A program made the translations under genes and the position numbers. Shown here in pieces: positions 18,988 to 28,738 of a stretch of 64,000 nucleotides of DNA. Origin of the DNA: a virus. Lineage: Duplodnaviria; Caudoviricetes. Location of the stretch: the IMG/VR virus record IMGVR_UViG_3300028805_000091, positions 1 through 64,000 of that record. One strand, written 5' to 3'. Each line of letters begins with the position of its first letter. The first letter of the stretch is position 1. A model generated the notes under the pieces. The model saw nothing but the letters and a program-made list of their open reading frames with translations. It ran no database searches and had not been told where the DNA came from.

Positions 18988-19237
18988 AATTTTATTAAAA
19001 AAAACATAAATCAACTATATTTACACATAATTTACCAGTTCTTAATAATTGGGTAAAAAATATAACTTGTCAAAGTTACTGACAGGTTAGGTGTGTAAAA
19101 AATAGGGTAAATCATCCATTACGTTTTCATATAGTTATACGTATTTATTTTAATTTAATCTTTAAAACATTTTACTAGCTTATACACCTTTCCTTGTTAG
19201 TCATAAAGACGTTAAATAACAAAGGATATTTTAACAT

Positions 19238-19516
19238 ATGACAATAAGACGTGGTAATAGCATCATAGCTGGTAATCAAAATTATATATTTGATATTACT
19301 CCAACTTCTGGTTCAACTAATCCTGTGACAAGTAATGGTATTTATGAAATTCTTGAAGATAAGCAAGATATTCTAGTTAGTGGAACAAATATAAAAACTA
19401 TAAACAATGAAAGTATTTTAGGTAGTGGTAACATTACGATTAGTGGTGGTGGATCTGATGTTGAAGAATATTCAATTGCTGAAGTCGAAGCTTTATGGGA
19501 TGGAGAAAGTGAATAA
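19238..19516 (+). CDS. Tail-fibre-associated small protein
   Basis: DITPTSGSTNPVTSNGIY and KQDILVSGTNIKTINNESILGSGNITI repeats typical of phage fibre proteins. Confidence 0.6.
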   Translation: MTIRRGNSIIAGNQNYIFDITPTSGSTNPVTSNGIYEILEDKQDILVSGTNIKTINNESILGSGNITISGGGSDVEEYSIAEVEALWDGESE

Positions 19517-20418
19517 TGGTAAAAGTTCAAGCCGATTCTCAAGGTAAGGTTATAACCTTAAATGGACAAGCATTAGTTTCATTAGATTTAAATCAAAATA
19601 AAACAATAACAGAAAATGGTACATACACTGCAGATTCTGGCTATAATGGTTTAGGCACAGTTACTGTTAATGTACCTAGTACTTCTAGTACTAAATATGG
19701 TATTTCTATAGATAGTATGTTTGGAGATCCAGATGCAAATGGTAAATTATTACCTCCTACTGTATCTTCTCCGAATTTTGTTTTACCTAGTAATATAATT
19801 GATTTAGGAAACAATTCTCTCAAAGAACGATTTGCTAATAACTCCTCAATTAAAACTGCAGTATTTCAAGGAGTTAAAAATATAACAGGTAATAATGCCC
19901 TCAATAAATGTTTTTCTCAATCCACAATACAAACTGTTAGTTTTCCAGAATTAGAAAATGTTACAGGTGATGAAGCTTTATATCAATTGTTTTATTTTTG
20001 TTCATCTATGTCATCTATAACTTTTCCTAAATTGAAAACAATAGGAAAGCCAGTTAGTGGTACCTACGAGAGTAATGGTGGACAGTTTGGATATTGGTAT
20101 AGCACTGGATTATTAACAGAATTATCATTTCCAGAATTAACAACTATTTATTGTACAGGTAGTAGTTATTTTTATGGGACTTTTTATAATTGTACTAGTA
20201 TAAAAAAATTTTATTTTCCAAAATTAACTCAAATAACTTATGGATCAGGTGCTTCATCGAGTAATCAAAGTGCATGTAATTATATTTTTTCTAATTGTAG
20301 TGCATTAACTGAAATACATTTTGGATCAGCTAATCAAGCTGCGATAGAAGCTACTACTGGTTATAGTACAATCTGGGGTCGTGGTGCAGGAAATGCTACA
20401 ATTTATTTTGATTTATAA
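19516..20418 (+). CDS. BspA-like leucine-rich repeat protein (candidate receptor-binding/adhesin)
   Basis: Repeats FPELENV, FPKLKTI, FPELTTI, FPKLTQI. Confidence 0.65.
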   Translation: MVKVQADSQGKVITLNGQALVSLDLNQNKTITENGTYTADSGYNGLGTVTVNVPSTSSTKYGISIDSMFGDPDANGKLLPPTVSSPNFVLPSNIIDLGNNSLKERFANNSSIKTAVFQGVKNITGNNALNKCFSQSTIQTVSFPELENVTGDEALYQLFYFCSSMSSITFPKLKTIGKPVSGTYESNGGQFGYWYSTGLLTELSFPELTTIYCTGSSYFYGTFYNCTSIKKFYFPKLTQITYGSGASSSNQSACNYIFSNCSALTEIHFGSANQAAIEATTGYSTIWGRGAGNATIYFDL

Positions 20419-20432
20419 AGGATTTTAAGATT

Positions 20433-20615
20433 ATGAAACAAACATATTTAGTAATGATAAAAGCAGATGATAATAAAGTTTTAGTAAAAGACAATAACTA
20501 TTGTACATCTGTACTATTAAAAGAAAACGAAAGTCCAGATGATTGGAATGAAATTTCATATGAAGAGTATGAAAAAATAATTGAATCTCAAAAGAAACAA
20601 GACTCTAAGGAGTAG
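20433..20615 (+). CDS. Small tail-fibre chaperone-like protein
   Basis: IKADDNKVL...DDWNEIS pattern; directly follows the fibre gene. Confidence 0.45.
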   Translation: MKQTYLVMIKADDNKVLVKDNNYCTSVLLKENESPDDWNEISYEEYEKIIESQKKQDSKE

Positions 20616-20620
20616 CTATT

Positions 20621-21148
20621 ATGAAAGTTTTATCTACAACTTCACTAACCAAGTTAATAGAATTAATAAAATCTTCTTTTCTCAGTGCTGATAATATAGT
20701 TACAACACAAACAATATCGTGTCCTGCAGATTCAGAAGTTGTGCATAATACTGGAGATGAAACAATTGCTGGTATAAAAACTTTTTCATCTTCACCGGTT
20801 TTACCTACACCAGCGTCTTCTGACAATTCAACAAGTGCTGCTACAACAGCATTTGTAAAAGCTCAAGGATATGCTACAAGTGATACTAAAAATACAGCCG
20901 GATCTACAAATACGAATTCAAAAATCTATTTAGTTGGTGCTACTTCACAAGCAGCTAATCCGCAAACTTATTCTCATGATACAGCTTTTGTTGATACAGC
21001 TGGGTGTCTTAATTCTGATACACCTGCTGTAAATAACAATTCAACAAAAGTTGCTACTACAGCATATATTGAGACTAAATTTAAGGTTGTGAGTGCTTTA
21101 CCTGCATTCCCAGACTCTAATACATACTACTTTATTCCGGAGAGTTAA
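20621..21148 (+). CDS. Tail fibre repeat protein
   Basis: VVHNTGDETIAGIKTFSSSP and two PTP..DNST..ATTA(F/Y)V repeats. Confidence 0.7.
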   Translation: MKVLSTTSLTKLIELIKSSFLSADNIVTTQTISCPADSEVVHNTGDETIAGIKTFSSSPVLPTPASSDNSTSAATTAFVKAQGYATSDTKNTAGSTNTNSKIYLVGATSQAANPQTYSHDTAFVDTAGCLNSDTPAVNNNSTKVATTAYIETKFKVVSALPAFPDSNTYYFIPES

Positions 21149-21152
21149 ACTA

Positions 21153-21845
21153 ATGACTGTATATAAAGGAAATGTTCAGCAAGGTAATTTGAGTAAAGGA
21201 AGTAATACTTTTATTAAAGGGTATAAGGGAAATCAACTTATATATCAAAGTAGCTTACCTAGTGGAACAAAATTATTTGAATCAAGTACTCCAGGAAACT
21301 ATAGTATTAATTTAACAGAAAGTAGAAAGTATAGAATTGTATGTCAAGCAGCCGGAGGCGGTGGAGCCACAATTGGCTATACTAGTTTCTTTACAGATAT
21401 GTCAGCAGCCGGAGGCGGTGGTGGTTCAGGTTTTGATTGCATCATATATTTAGATAGTGGTAATTATGCTATTTCAATAGGTTCTGGAGGAACTAGTTAT
21501 ATAAATACAAGGACAGCCGGTTCTGGTGGAACAGGTGGCAATAGTTCATTTGGAAGTGCAATTTGTTATGGTGGGGAAGGCGGAAAAGCTAATTCTGGTT
21601 CAGTTTCTGGTACAGGAGGAGCTGGGGGAGCCGCGCCATATATACCTTATTCAATTGAGACGGCCCGAGTTAATGCTGCTGGTCAAGCAGGAGACGGAAC
21701 AGTAACAGGCTTTGTTTATGGAGGAATGGCAGCAGTATCTGATAATCCAGTTGGAGCAGGTAAAGGTGGGTCAGCTACATCAACGACTAATACATATGCT
21801 GCTCAGGCTGGAGCCAATGGATATGTTTCAGTTTTAACTGCTTAA
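21153..21845 (+). CDS. Glycine-rich tail fibre domain protein
   Basis: AAGGGG, GSGG, GGTGGNSSFG and AGANGYV motifs; start adjusted to MTVYKG. Confidence 0.7.
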   Translation: MTVYKGNVQQGNLSKGSNTFIKGYKGNQLIYQSSLPSGTKLFESSTPGNYSINLTESRKYRIVCQAAGGGGATIGYTSFFTDMSAAGGGGGSGFDCIIYLDSGNYAISIGSGGTSYINTRTAGSGGTGGNSSFGSAICYGGEGGKANSGSVSGTGGAGGAAPYIPYSIETARVNAAGQAGDGTVTGFVYGGMAAVSDNPVGAGKGGSATSTTNTYAAQAGANGYVSVLTA

Positions 21846-21864
21846 TATAAATGGGAAATTAGAA

Positions 21865-22305
21865 ATGACAGAAGAATTTAACTATGGTGATATTATAGAG
21901 TATATTGACTCTACTCGTGATTTATATTTTGAGGCTGCTCATAAATGGGCGCGTACTCATAATGCTACTTTTGAAGAGTTAATTGATAGGCGTGAAGAAA
22001 AAGACGGTAAACTTTATCGTTATTGGCAAATTTTAAAACGTCCAGAACCAGAGCCTTATGTTCCTACTCCAGAAGAAGAAGCTGAGAGAAAGAGACAAGA
22101 ACGAATTTATAAATTACGTCAATCTTTAGAAGAAACAGATTATGTTGCCCTTAAGTTAACTGAAGTTATTGCTGAGAAAGATGAAGAAGCTTTAACCCAA
22201 ATGCTAGAAGAATATGCTGATGTACTTGCTAACAGAAAAGCATGGAGAGAAGAACTTAGCAAATTATTAATTAACGAATCTGGCTCAGACGAAGACGGAG
22301 AATAA
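21865..22305 (+). CDS. Tail fibre assembly chaperone-like protein
   Basis: PEPEPYVPTPEE, LEETDYVALK...RKAWREE pattern. Confidence 0.55.
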   Translation: MTEEFNYGDIIEYIDSTRDLYFEAAHKWARTHNATFEELIDRREEKDGKLYRYWQILKRPEPEPYVPTPEEEAERKRQERIYKLRQSLEETDYVALKLTEVIAEKDEEALTQMLEEYADVLANRKAWREELSKLLINESGSDEDGE

Positions 22306-22572
22306 AATCACAATTTAAAATGCCTGCTTAAATTTACAAAATTCTTTTGAAATCGAAGACTTACCTTTCCTGAAAATCATAGTTTAATAGGAAAGGTATT
22401 TTAATATAAGTCTTTCATATACCAAGTGGTACAAAACTATTGGAAATTTTTACTTGTTAAATACCACATAAATAGTTTAACACTACTTAGCTATATAATA
22501 CCAGAAAATGGTTATAGTGAATCTTAGGTTCTAATTATATGTTTATATTAAAACTTTTTATGGAGTTGTGAC

Positions 22573-23142
22573 ATGGGTTTAATATTTCGTATTATAGCAG
22601 GAGCTATAGGCGGATTATGGCGTAGATTCTTTGGTGGATATGATTCAAAGTATGATACATTAGAGAAACGAGGTATTCAGATGATATTCTGTATCATCAC
22701 AGTCTTTTTATGGGAATTTTTTGTTAAGCATATGTCATGGTACTTTGCTTTAGCTACCGCTATATTTTTCTATATTTTCTGGTGTAAAGGTCACTTCTAT
22801 TATTTTCAATGTGGGACCGAATCAGATGAATATATAGACCAAGAAGAAGCTAAAGGACGTAAACCAGCTATGAACTGGATTGTAGTTCCCGTTAACAAAT
22901 GGTTAGGATTTGCTCCACGCTCTAAACAATATTGCTTTGTTGGTATGCTTTTACGTTATGGACTATGGTCTTTACCTGTTGCTGCTTTGACTGGATGGGA
23001 ATTTGTTATTTGCGGTCTTGCTATTCCGTTTATCTACAATGCATGCTTCTGGATTGAATTACCTCCATCTAAGTTTGCTAAATCACCTACAAATTATGCA
23101 GAAATTTTTAGCGGAATATTGGCATATTACTTTATATTCTAG
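22573..23142 (+). CDS. Multi-pass membrane protein
   Basis: Several hydrophobic helices. Confidence 0.7.
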   Translation: MGLIFRIIAGAIGGLWRRFFGGYDSKYDTLEKRGIQMIFCIITVFLWEFFVKHMSWYFALATAIFFYIFWCKGHFYYFQCGTESDEYIDQEEAKGRKPAMNWIVVPVNKWLGFAPRSKQYCFVGMLLRYGLWSLPVAALTGWEFVICGLAIPFIYNACFWIELPPSKFAKSPTNYAEIFSGILAYYFIF

Positions 23143-23144
23143 GC

Positions 23145-24080
23145 TTAGTCTACTAAATCGTCTTCATATAGAGCCTGTATGTCACAAAGCATACAGGCTT
23201 TTGAATTACTATAGCATTGATATAGTTTAGAATGTCCACAAGATAAAAATTCAGATCTTTCTTCTAAAAGTTTTGGCTGGTCTGATACGTCATTAAAATA
23301 TTTTGAAAACGGTGAATAACCATTATATTTATATGTCCCAGAATTCATTGTAGATAATATAAAGCTTCTGAATACATCATAATTAACTTCTTTTAAATAA
23401 GCTAAAAATTCAAATAAATCTTCTCTTTTAAAGTTAAAGTCCGATAATGGTGGTAAATTCTTATTAATGGGATGAGGATAAAGAAATTGTAAATTATTAC
23501 CTGGTATATTTTTATTTATAAAATCATTTACTTCAAATTTACCTTCTTTCCACATATCTATAACATATTGAGTCAATATCATTTGAACTCCAACTCTATA
23601 ATCATATCTATCGTGGAATTCTCGGATTGTTTTAAGGACCGTAGAAGCATCCTTTTCATTTTTGAAGCGATATTTAAGATCATAGGAAAAATTCATGTCT
23701 ACGAGCTTTATAGACGATTTATTGACTATTCTATCTACAACTTCATATAAAAAGGTAGGATTATATATTCCATTTGTAACAGTTGAATACCTTCTATTTA
23801 GATTTTGTGATACTTTTAATATTTTTTCTATGATATCGTCAACTAATTGTAAATAAGCTTCTTGTATTTCTCTATCTGTAATAAAGTATATTTCACCACC
23901 AAGTAATGAAATACCAGCCGAAAATTTATCTTTCCAGTCTATATAATCTATATTTTTTCTAATAGCCTCTATAGACTGTAATTGTCTTTGCTTATTTAAT
24001 ATATCTTTATCTTTTATTAAACAAAATTTACAAGCATTACTACAATTAGCCCATAAAGAATATTGTACCATATTAGACAT
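23145..24080 (-). CDS. Radical SAM protein (paralog 6, subtype A)
   Basis: WANCSNACKFC, LLGGE, SYDLKYRF, C-terminal CGH..CY..S..CMLCD. Confidence 0.85.
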   Translation of the reverse strand: MSNMVQYSLWANCSNACKFCLIKDKDILNKQRQLQSIEAIRKNIDYIDWKDKFSAGISLLGGEIYFITDREIQEAYLQLVDDIIEKILKVSQNLNRRYSTVTNGIYNPTFLYEVVDRIVNKSSIKLVDMNFSYDLKYRFKNEKDASTVLKTIREFHDRYDYRVGVQMILTQYVIDMWKEGKFEVNDFINKNIPGNNLQFLYPHPINKNLPPLSDFNFKREDLFEFLAYLKEVNYDVFRSFILSTMNSGTYKYNGYSPFSKYFNDVSDQPKLLEERSEFLSCGHSKLYQCYSNSKACMLCDIQALYEDDLVD

Positions 24081-24987
24081 CTAATTCTGCCTTAAATTTA
24101 GCTATATCATCCCACATTTTAATTTCTGAATCAACATATCCAGATTTATCATATAAACCAAAAGGTAATAATGTCTTATAATTTTTATTAGTAATTCTAT
24201 ATATAGTATTTATATAGATTAAATACATAGTATCAGCTTTTGTTTTACAATCAAATAATCTATTTATATCTATTACTTTATCTTCTATTACCGTTTTATT
24301 TAAAAATTTTAAAAAATCTTCTCTTTTAGGTAAAAAATTAGGTACTAATTGATTAAATTCTTTTTTATCTCTATAATCATATCCGATATGAGGAATATTA
24401 TAATCAACAGAAGTATTATATTTTGTAACAAAGTCTCTTATATCAAAATTTCCACTTAAAACATTTTCTATAAAATTCTGAGTTAATACAATTTGAGTAT
24501 GCATAGTTAACATAGGATATTGAGCATGCAATCCTAAAACATTCATTTCCCATAAATGCTTTTCTTTATTTGTCTTAAATCTACCTTCTATATCATATGA
24601 TGTATTAATACTTAATCTTCTTAAAACTTTAGCATCTATAAATTTCTGGATAAAATAATTAAATTCAGTATTTAAATCAAAAATAAGAGATGTAGCAATA
24701 TAAAATTTATATATTTTATCTTGTTTCATTCTATTTATGATTATATCAATAGCCTCATAAAACTTATCTCTTACTTCTTTTGTATCTAACTGACCACCAA
24801 AGAATTCACCACCAATAAATCCTATTTCATCATATTCTTCAACTTCATCACTATTCAAAACAAATAGTACTTTATCTAAAACAGTTAATTTTTGTTCTGT
24901 ATTAGATAATGGTTGATATTTATTAAAACAAAATTTACATCCAACATGACAATTCTTCCATAATTCAAATTGTAAAAACTTAGTCAT
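24073..24987 (-). CDS. Radical SAM protein (paralog 5, lacks C-terminal Cys motif)
   Basis: WKNCHVGCKFC, FIGGE, TSYDIEGRF. Confidence 0.85.
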   Translation of the reverse strand: MTKFLQFELWKNCHVGCKFCFNKYQPLSNTEQKLTVLDKVLFVLNSDEVEEYDEIGFIGGEFFGGQLDTKEVRDKFYEAIDIIINRMKQDKIYKFYIATSLIFDLNTEFNYFIQKFIDAKVLRRLSINTSYDIEGRFKTNKEKHLWEMNVLGLHAQYPMLTMHTQIVLTQNFIENVLSGNFDIRDFVTKYNTSVDYNIPHIGYDYRDKKEFNQLVPNFLPKREDFLKFLNKTVIEDKVIDINRLFDCKTKADTMYLIYINTIYRITNKNYKTLLPFGLYDKSGYVDSEIKMWDDIAKFKAELDV

Positions 24988-25994
24988 TATTCATCCTCCA
25001 TTTCTTCTAAAACAGAATCTAAAAATTTAATTCCCTTTATAAGTAAATCTGGTCTTTGTAAAAAAGTTGGTGCTCTGAATCTAATTATTCTATTATCATC
25101 TAATTCTATTTCACAAGTTTTTAGATTATTTCTTACATCTGGTGTTAACTTACCATCTATATCAGTAATATGAAAGAAATAAGGAGCGCAATTTTGTTCA
25201 TCATCTGTTTTAAAACCCTCTTTATTTATTAAATCTGAATAATAATGATTCATAACAGTCCTAAACATAAATAACTTCTCTCTACGCTTTAATATTTCTT
25301 GAAGCATATCATAATAAGTCATTCCCCAATTATATATTTTGTCTCCAAAAATCTTATTGTCCCCAATAGTTATTAAAATACCCATATTAAATCTTCTTAC
25401 GATAGCATGAGCTGTACCTATTACATAATCAAATATAGAATAATCCCGTGGTAAAAGAAACATCTCTTGTACATTATCTATTACTATTTTACATTCTATA
25501 TTATTTTTAATACAAAATTCTTTAATTTGTCTAAAAAAATCTTGTGGTGTGCTAAAACTATTTCTAGCGTGGGTACCTATAATATAAACAAATATTTTCT
25601 TATATTTTAAAATTTCATCAAAAGCTGCTTTAGCATTATTCTTTTTTAAATCAGGTTCTTGATATAAAAACACATTATCACATAAATCTAAATTTATATT
25701 AACGGACGGATGTTCAATATGAGAAGATACAACTAATGTATTTTCATCAACATATTCTTCAAAAAGTCTAGAAATAAAAGTTGTAGCGGAATCAGAAAAA
25801 CGAAGTTGTGCATTTTTCAATGTTAAATTACAGCAAGGCATTAAATCAAAATATTTTTCCGCCAGTGTATCAAAATATAATTCATCTATAACTGGTTTAT
25901 TCTTATTAGTATTATTTAAATATTCTAATGTCTTTTCATCGATAGGATCTTGATTTATCCACCAATCTATCATATCTCTATTCTTCATCTTCAA
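24987..25994 (-). CDS. PLP-dependent aminotransferase class V (NifS-like) fold protein, catalytic Lys apparently absent
   Basis: FSDSATTFI, SHIEHPSV, IDNVQ; GTAHA sits where NifS has SxHK. Confidence 0.6.
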   Translation of the reverse strand: MKMKNRDMIDWWINQDPIDEKTLEYLNNTNKNKPVIDELYFDTLAEKYFDLMPCCNLTLKNAQLRFSDSATTFISRLFEEYVDENTLVVSSHIEHPSVNINLDLCDNVFLYQEPDLKKNNAKAAFDEILKYKKIFVYIIGTHARNSFSTPQDFFRQIKEFCIKNNIECKIVIDNVQEMFLLPRDYSIFDYVIGTAHAIVRRFNMGILITIGDNKIFGDKIYNWGMTYYDMLQEILKRREKLFMFRTVMNHYYSDLINKEGFKTDDEQNCAPYFFHITDIDGKLTPDVRNNLKTCEIELDDNRIIRFRAPTFLQRPDLLIKGIKFLDSVLEEMEDE

Positions 25995-26913
25995 ATTCCT
26001 TTACTAATCTATTAATATCACATAACATACAATCATTACTATCTGCATAATGACTGAACCATTCTAAATGTCCACAAGGCATACATTTACCTTCTTCTCT
26101 ATCATCTTGTCTGTCATGATATATTCTTAATGAATCTCCCCCTAAATTTTCATATAAGCATTCAGCTCTATATTCACGATTAAACAAAATATCTAGCTTT
26201 TTATTTTTAATAATCCAAATAACAAAATTTAAAAAATCATTACGCTTAGGAAAAAATGTAGTCAATCCAGTCCTTTTTATAAAGCTATTCATATCTTTAT
26301 CAAGGGAACCTATATCTGGAGCTTTAAAATATATACTTGTCTTATAAGTCTGCTCAAAATTATCAAAAAATTCATTATTTTTATTCCATTCATCAAGTAA
26401 ATCTTGTGTTAATACAAAAGTTGTATTTATTTTTATATTTTGATAATTTTTATGTATATAATCTATATTATTTACCCAGTTAGCTTTTAATTGTTCTGTA
26501 TGAAATCTTCCTTTTAAATCATAAGATGTACAAATCCATACATTATCAAAAGCATTTAATATATTTAATGTATTTTTTAATTCTTCACAAATCGGTTTAG
26601 TAAGAGTAGTAGTAATCCAAAAATGGTCTATTTTATTACTTCGATAAAGGCTTTCTACACATCTTATAATTTCAATAAACTTTTCTTTTAATTTTAATGT
26701 ATCTAATTGTCCTTGAAAAAATTCACCACCAATTAAACCTAATGAATCATATTTAGTCCAAGTATTTTCATCTTTTATAATTTTTAATGTATTTTCTATA
26801 GCTTTTAACTTATATTCTTCTGGTAATTTAAAATTTTCTTCACCAATATAACAAAACTTACAATGCAAATCACATTGTCTCCACAATTCAAGCTGTAACA
26901 TTTTGTTATTCAT
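25978..26913 (-). CDS. Radical SAM protein (paralog 4)
   Basis: WRQCDLHCKFC, LIGGE, TSYDLKGRF, CGH...YADSNDCMLCD. Confidence 0.85.
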   Translation of the reverse strand: MNNKMLQLELWRQCDLHCKFCYIGEENFKLPEEYKLKAIENTLKIIKDENTWTKYDSLGLIGGEFFQGQLDTLKLKEKFIEIIRCVESLYRSNKIDHFWITTTLTKPICEELKNTLNILNAFDNVWICTSYDLKGRFHTEQLKANWVNNIDYIHKNYQNIKINTTFVLTQDLLDEWNKNNEFFDNFEQTYKTSIYFKAPDIGSLDKDMNSFIKRTGLTTFFPKRNDFLNFVIWIIKNKKLDILFNREYRAECLYENLGGDSLRIYHDRQDDREEGKCMPCGHLEWFSHYADSNDCMLCDINRLVKEFEDEE

Positions 26914-27796
26914 CTAATATTTTCCTATGTTTTAATATATCACATATAATACATTCTTTACTATCAGCATAACATTCTCTATATAATTTATCATGTCCAC
27001 ATGATGCTATTTCATCTTGTATTTCTTCTATATATAAAGAATTAAGTCTACTTGTAACCTCTTCAGTAGGTAAAGTATGTATTTCACAAGCTCTTTTTTC
27101 TAAATTAAATAAGTTATTATATAGAATAGGATTTACTACCTTTAATTTGTCTAAAAATTTGAAAAAATTTACTCTTGTTGGAAAAAAATCCTTTAAATTT
27201 TCATTAGAATGACTATAAGACCCAGAAGGACGTATTAAATCAATATCATAATACATTATTTTATCAATAACTTCTTTTTTATTTTCTAAAAATGCTTTTA
27301 TTAAGGCTTCTGTTAAAATAGTTTCATAATGTAGCTCACAGTTATAAGCCATTACTAAATCTACATTATTTTGCCATATTTTTTTATTAACTTCATTAAA
27401 TCTACCTACATAATCCCAAGATGTATTAATAGAAAAACAGTTCATTAATCTATTTTCTCTAAATAATTCTAAAATATCTTGCAAAATATAGTTTTTATTC
27501 AATAAAGCTGTTACCAAATAAAATTTTTTAAGCTTTTTATCTTTAATAAGTTGAATTATCTTTTCTATAAGTTGTAAAAAAGCATTTTTTATATCACCTA
27601 TAATGTCCTCTGTTAATAATTCACCACCAATTAAAGTCATTTCATCAAAATCAGACCAATTTATTGTATCTAATCGTCTAATAGCTTTATTTATAAGCTC
27701 AACTTTATTTAATTTAAATGATTTAAATTCTCTGATAGCACAGAAAGAACAACTATTTGGACAATCTAACCATAATTCAAACTGTAATATCTTCAT
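26906..27796 (-). CDS. Radical SAM protein (paralog 3)
   Basis: WLDCPNSCSFC, LIGGE, TSWDYVGRF, CGH...CYADSKECIICD; start adjusted to MKILQ (GAGG RBS). Confidence 0.85.
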   Translation of the reverse strand: MKILQFELWLDCPNSCSFCAIREFKSFKLNKVELINKAIRRLDTINWSDFDEMTLIGGELLTEDIIGDIKNAFLQLIEKIIQLIKDKKLKKFYLVTALLNKNYILQDILELFRENRLMNCFSINTSWDYVGRFNEVNKKIWQNNVDLVMAYNCELHYETILTEALIKAFLENKKEVIDKIMYYDIDLIRPSGSYSHSNENLKDFFPTRVNFFKFLDKLKVVNPILYNNLFNLEKRACEIHTLPTEEVTSRLNSLYIEEIQDEIASCGHDKLYRECYADSKECIICDILKHRKILDE

Positions 27797-27804
27797 ATTA
27801 AACC

Positions 27805-28710
27805 TCAATAAAAATTTAAAAGGTCACATAACATACATTTATCTGAATCTGAATAACACTGATATAACTTTGAATGTCCACAACTATTATTCTTATGTTC
27901 TTTGTCTGAAGATAATCTTGGTTTTTGTTTAATATTATTTGAATTAGTCTCTAATAAACCTGTATATTTAAATCTAGATGAATTTATTACCGATGAAACA
28001 AATGCTTCAAAGTTTCTTGAATAATTTTCTCGTAAAAATTTACAAACTTCTAATAATGACTCTCTTTTAAAATTAAAATCATTTAATTTAATTCCAGTAG
28101 CAATAGGATGCGGATAAAGAAATGCTAAAACATTACCTGGTACAACGCTATTTTCAAATTCTTCTATTTTAAATATACCATTTAATATCATATCAATTAA
28201 ATACTGTGTTAATATCATTTGTACATTAACTACATAATCATATTTAACATGAAAAGCATTTATATTATCTATTACTCTTTGAGCATCAGATTGTGTTTTA
28301 AAACGATATTTAAGATCATATGAAAAATTTATATCTATTCTACTCTTATCTATACCTTTTTCTAAAAATCTATCAATTACTTTATATAAAAAAGTAGGAT
28401 CATATAATCCATTTGTAACAGTAGAATATACAGTATATTCATTAGGTAACATTACTTTATCTATAATGTCATCTATGAGTAATATAAATTCATCTTGAAG
28501 ATTTTTGTCTGTAATAAAATAAACTTCACCACCAAGTAATGAAATTCCATCTTTAAATTTATCTTGCCAATCTACATAATTGAGATTAGCTCTAATATTT
28601 CTTATACGTTTTATTTGCTTATTTAATGAAATAGGAATTCGTTCTGTACGTAAACAGAATTGACAAGCATTACAACAATTAGGCCAAATGCCATATTGTA
28701 CCATAGACAT
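27805..28710 (-). CDS. Radical SAM protein (paralog 2, subtype A)
   Basis: WPNCCNACQFC, LLGGE, SYDLKYRF, CGHSKLYQCYSDSDKCMLCD. Confidence 0.85.
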   Translation of the reverse strand: MSMVQYGIWPNCCNACQFCLRTERIPISLNKQIKRIRNIRANLNYVDWQDKFKDGISLLGGEVYFITDKNLQDEFILLIDDIIDKVMLPNEYTVYSTVTNGLYDPTFLYKVIDRFLEKGIDKSRIDINFSYDLKYRFKTQSDAQRVIDNINAFHVKYDYVVNVQMILTQYLIDMILNGIFKIEEFENSVVPGNVLAFLYPHPIATGIKLNDFNFKRESLLEVCKFLRENYSRNFEAFVSSVINSSRFKYTGLLETNSNNIKQKPRLSSDKEHKNNSCGHSKLYQCYSDSDKCMLCDLLNFY

Positions 28711-28738
28711 GCTTAATTTCCCCCTTTCAGCAAATAAT

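Noticed and set aside
19516-21845. Diversity-generating retroelement targeting the LRR or fibre genes
   Set aside because: No reverse transcriptase and no template/variable repeat pair was seen in the window.
24987-25994. Ordinary cysteine desulfurase (IscS/SufS) supplying Fe-S clusters
   Set aside because: The PLP Lys position reads Ala and the persulfide Cys loop is not recognisable, so the standard annotation is not supported.
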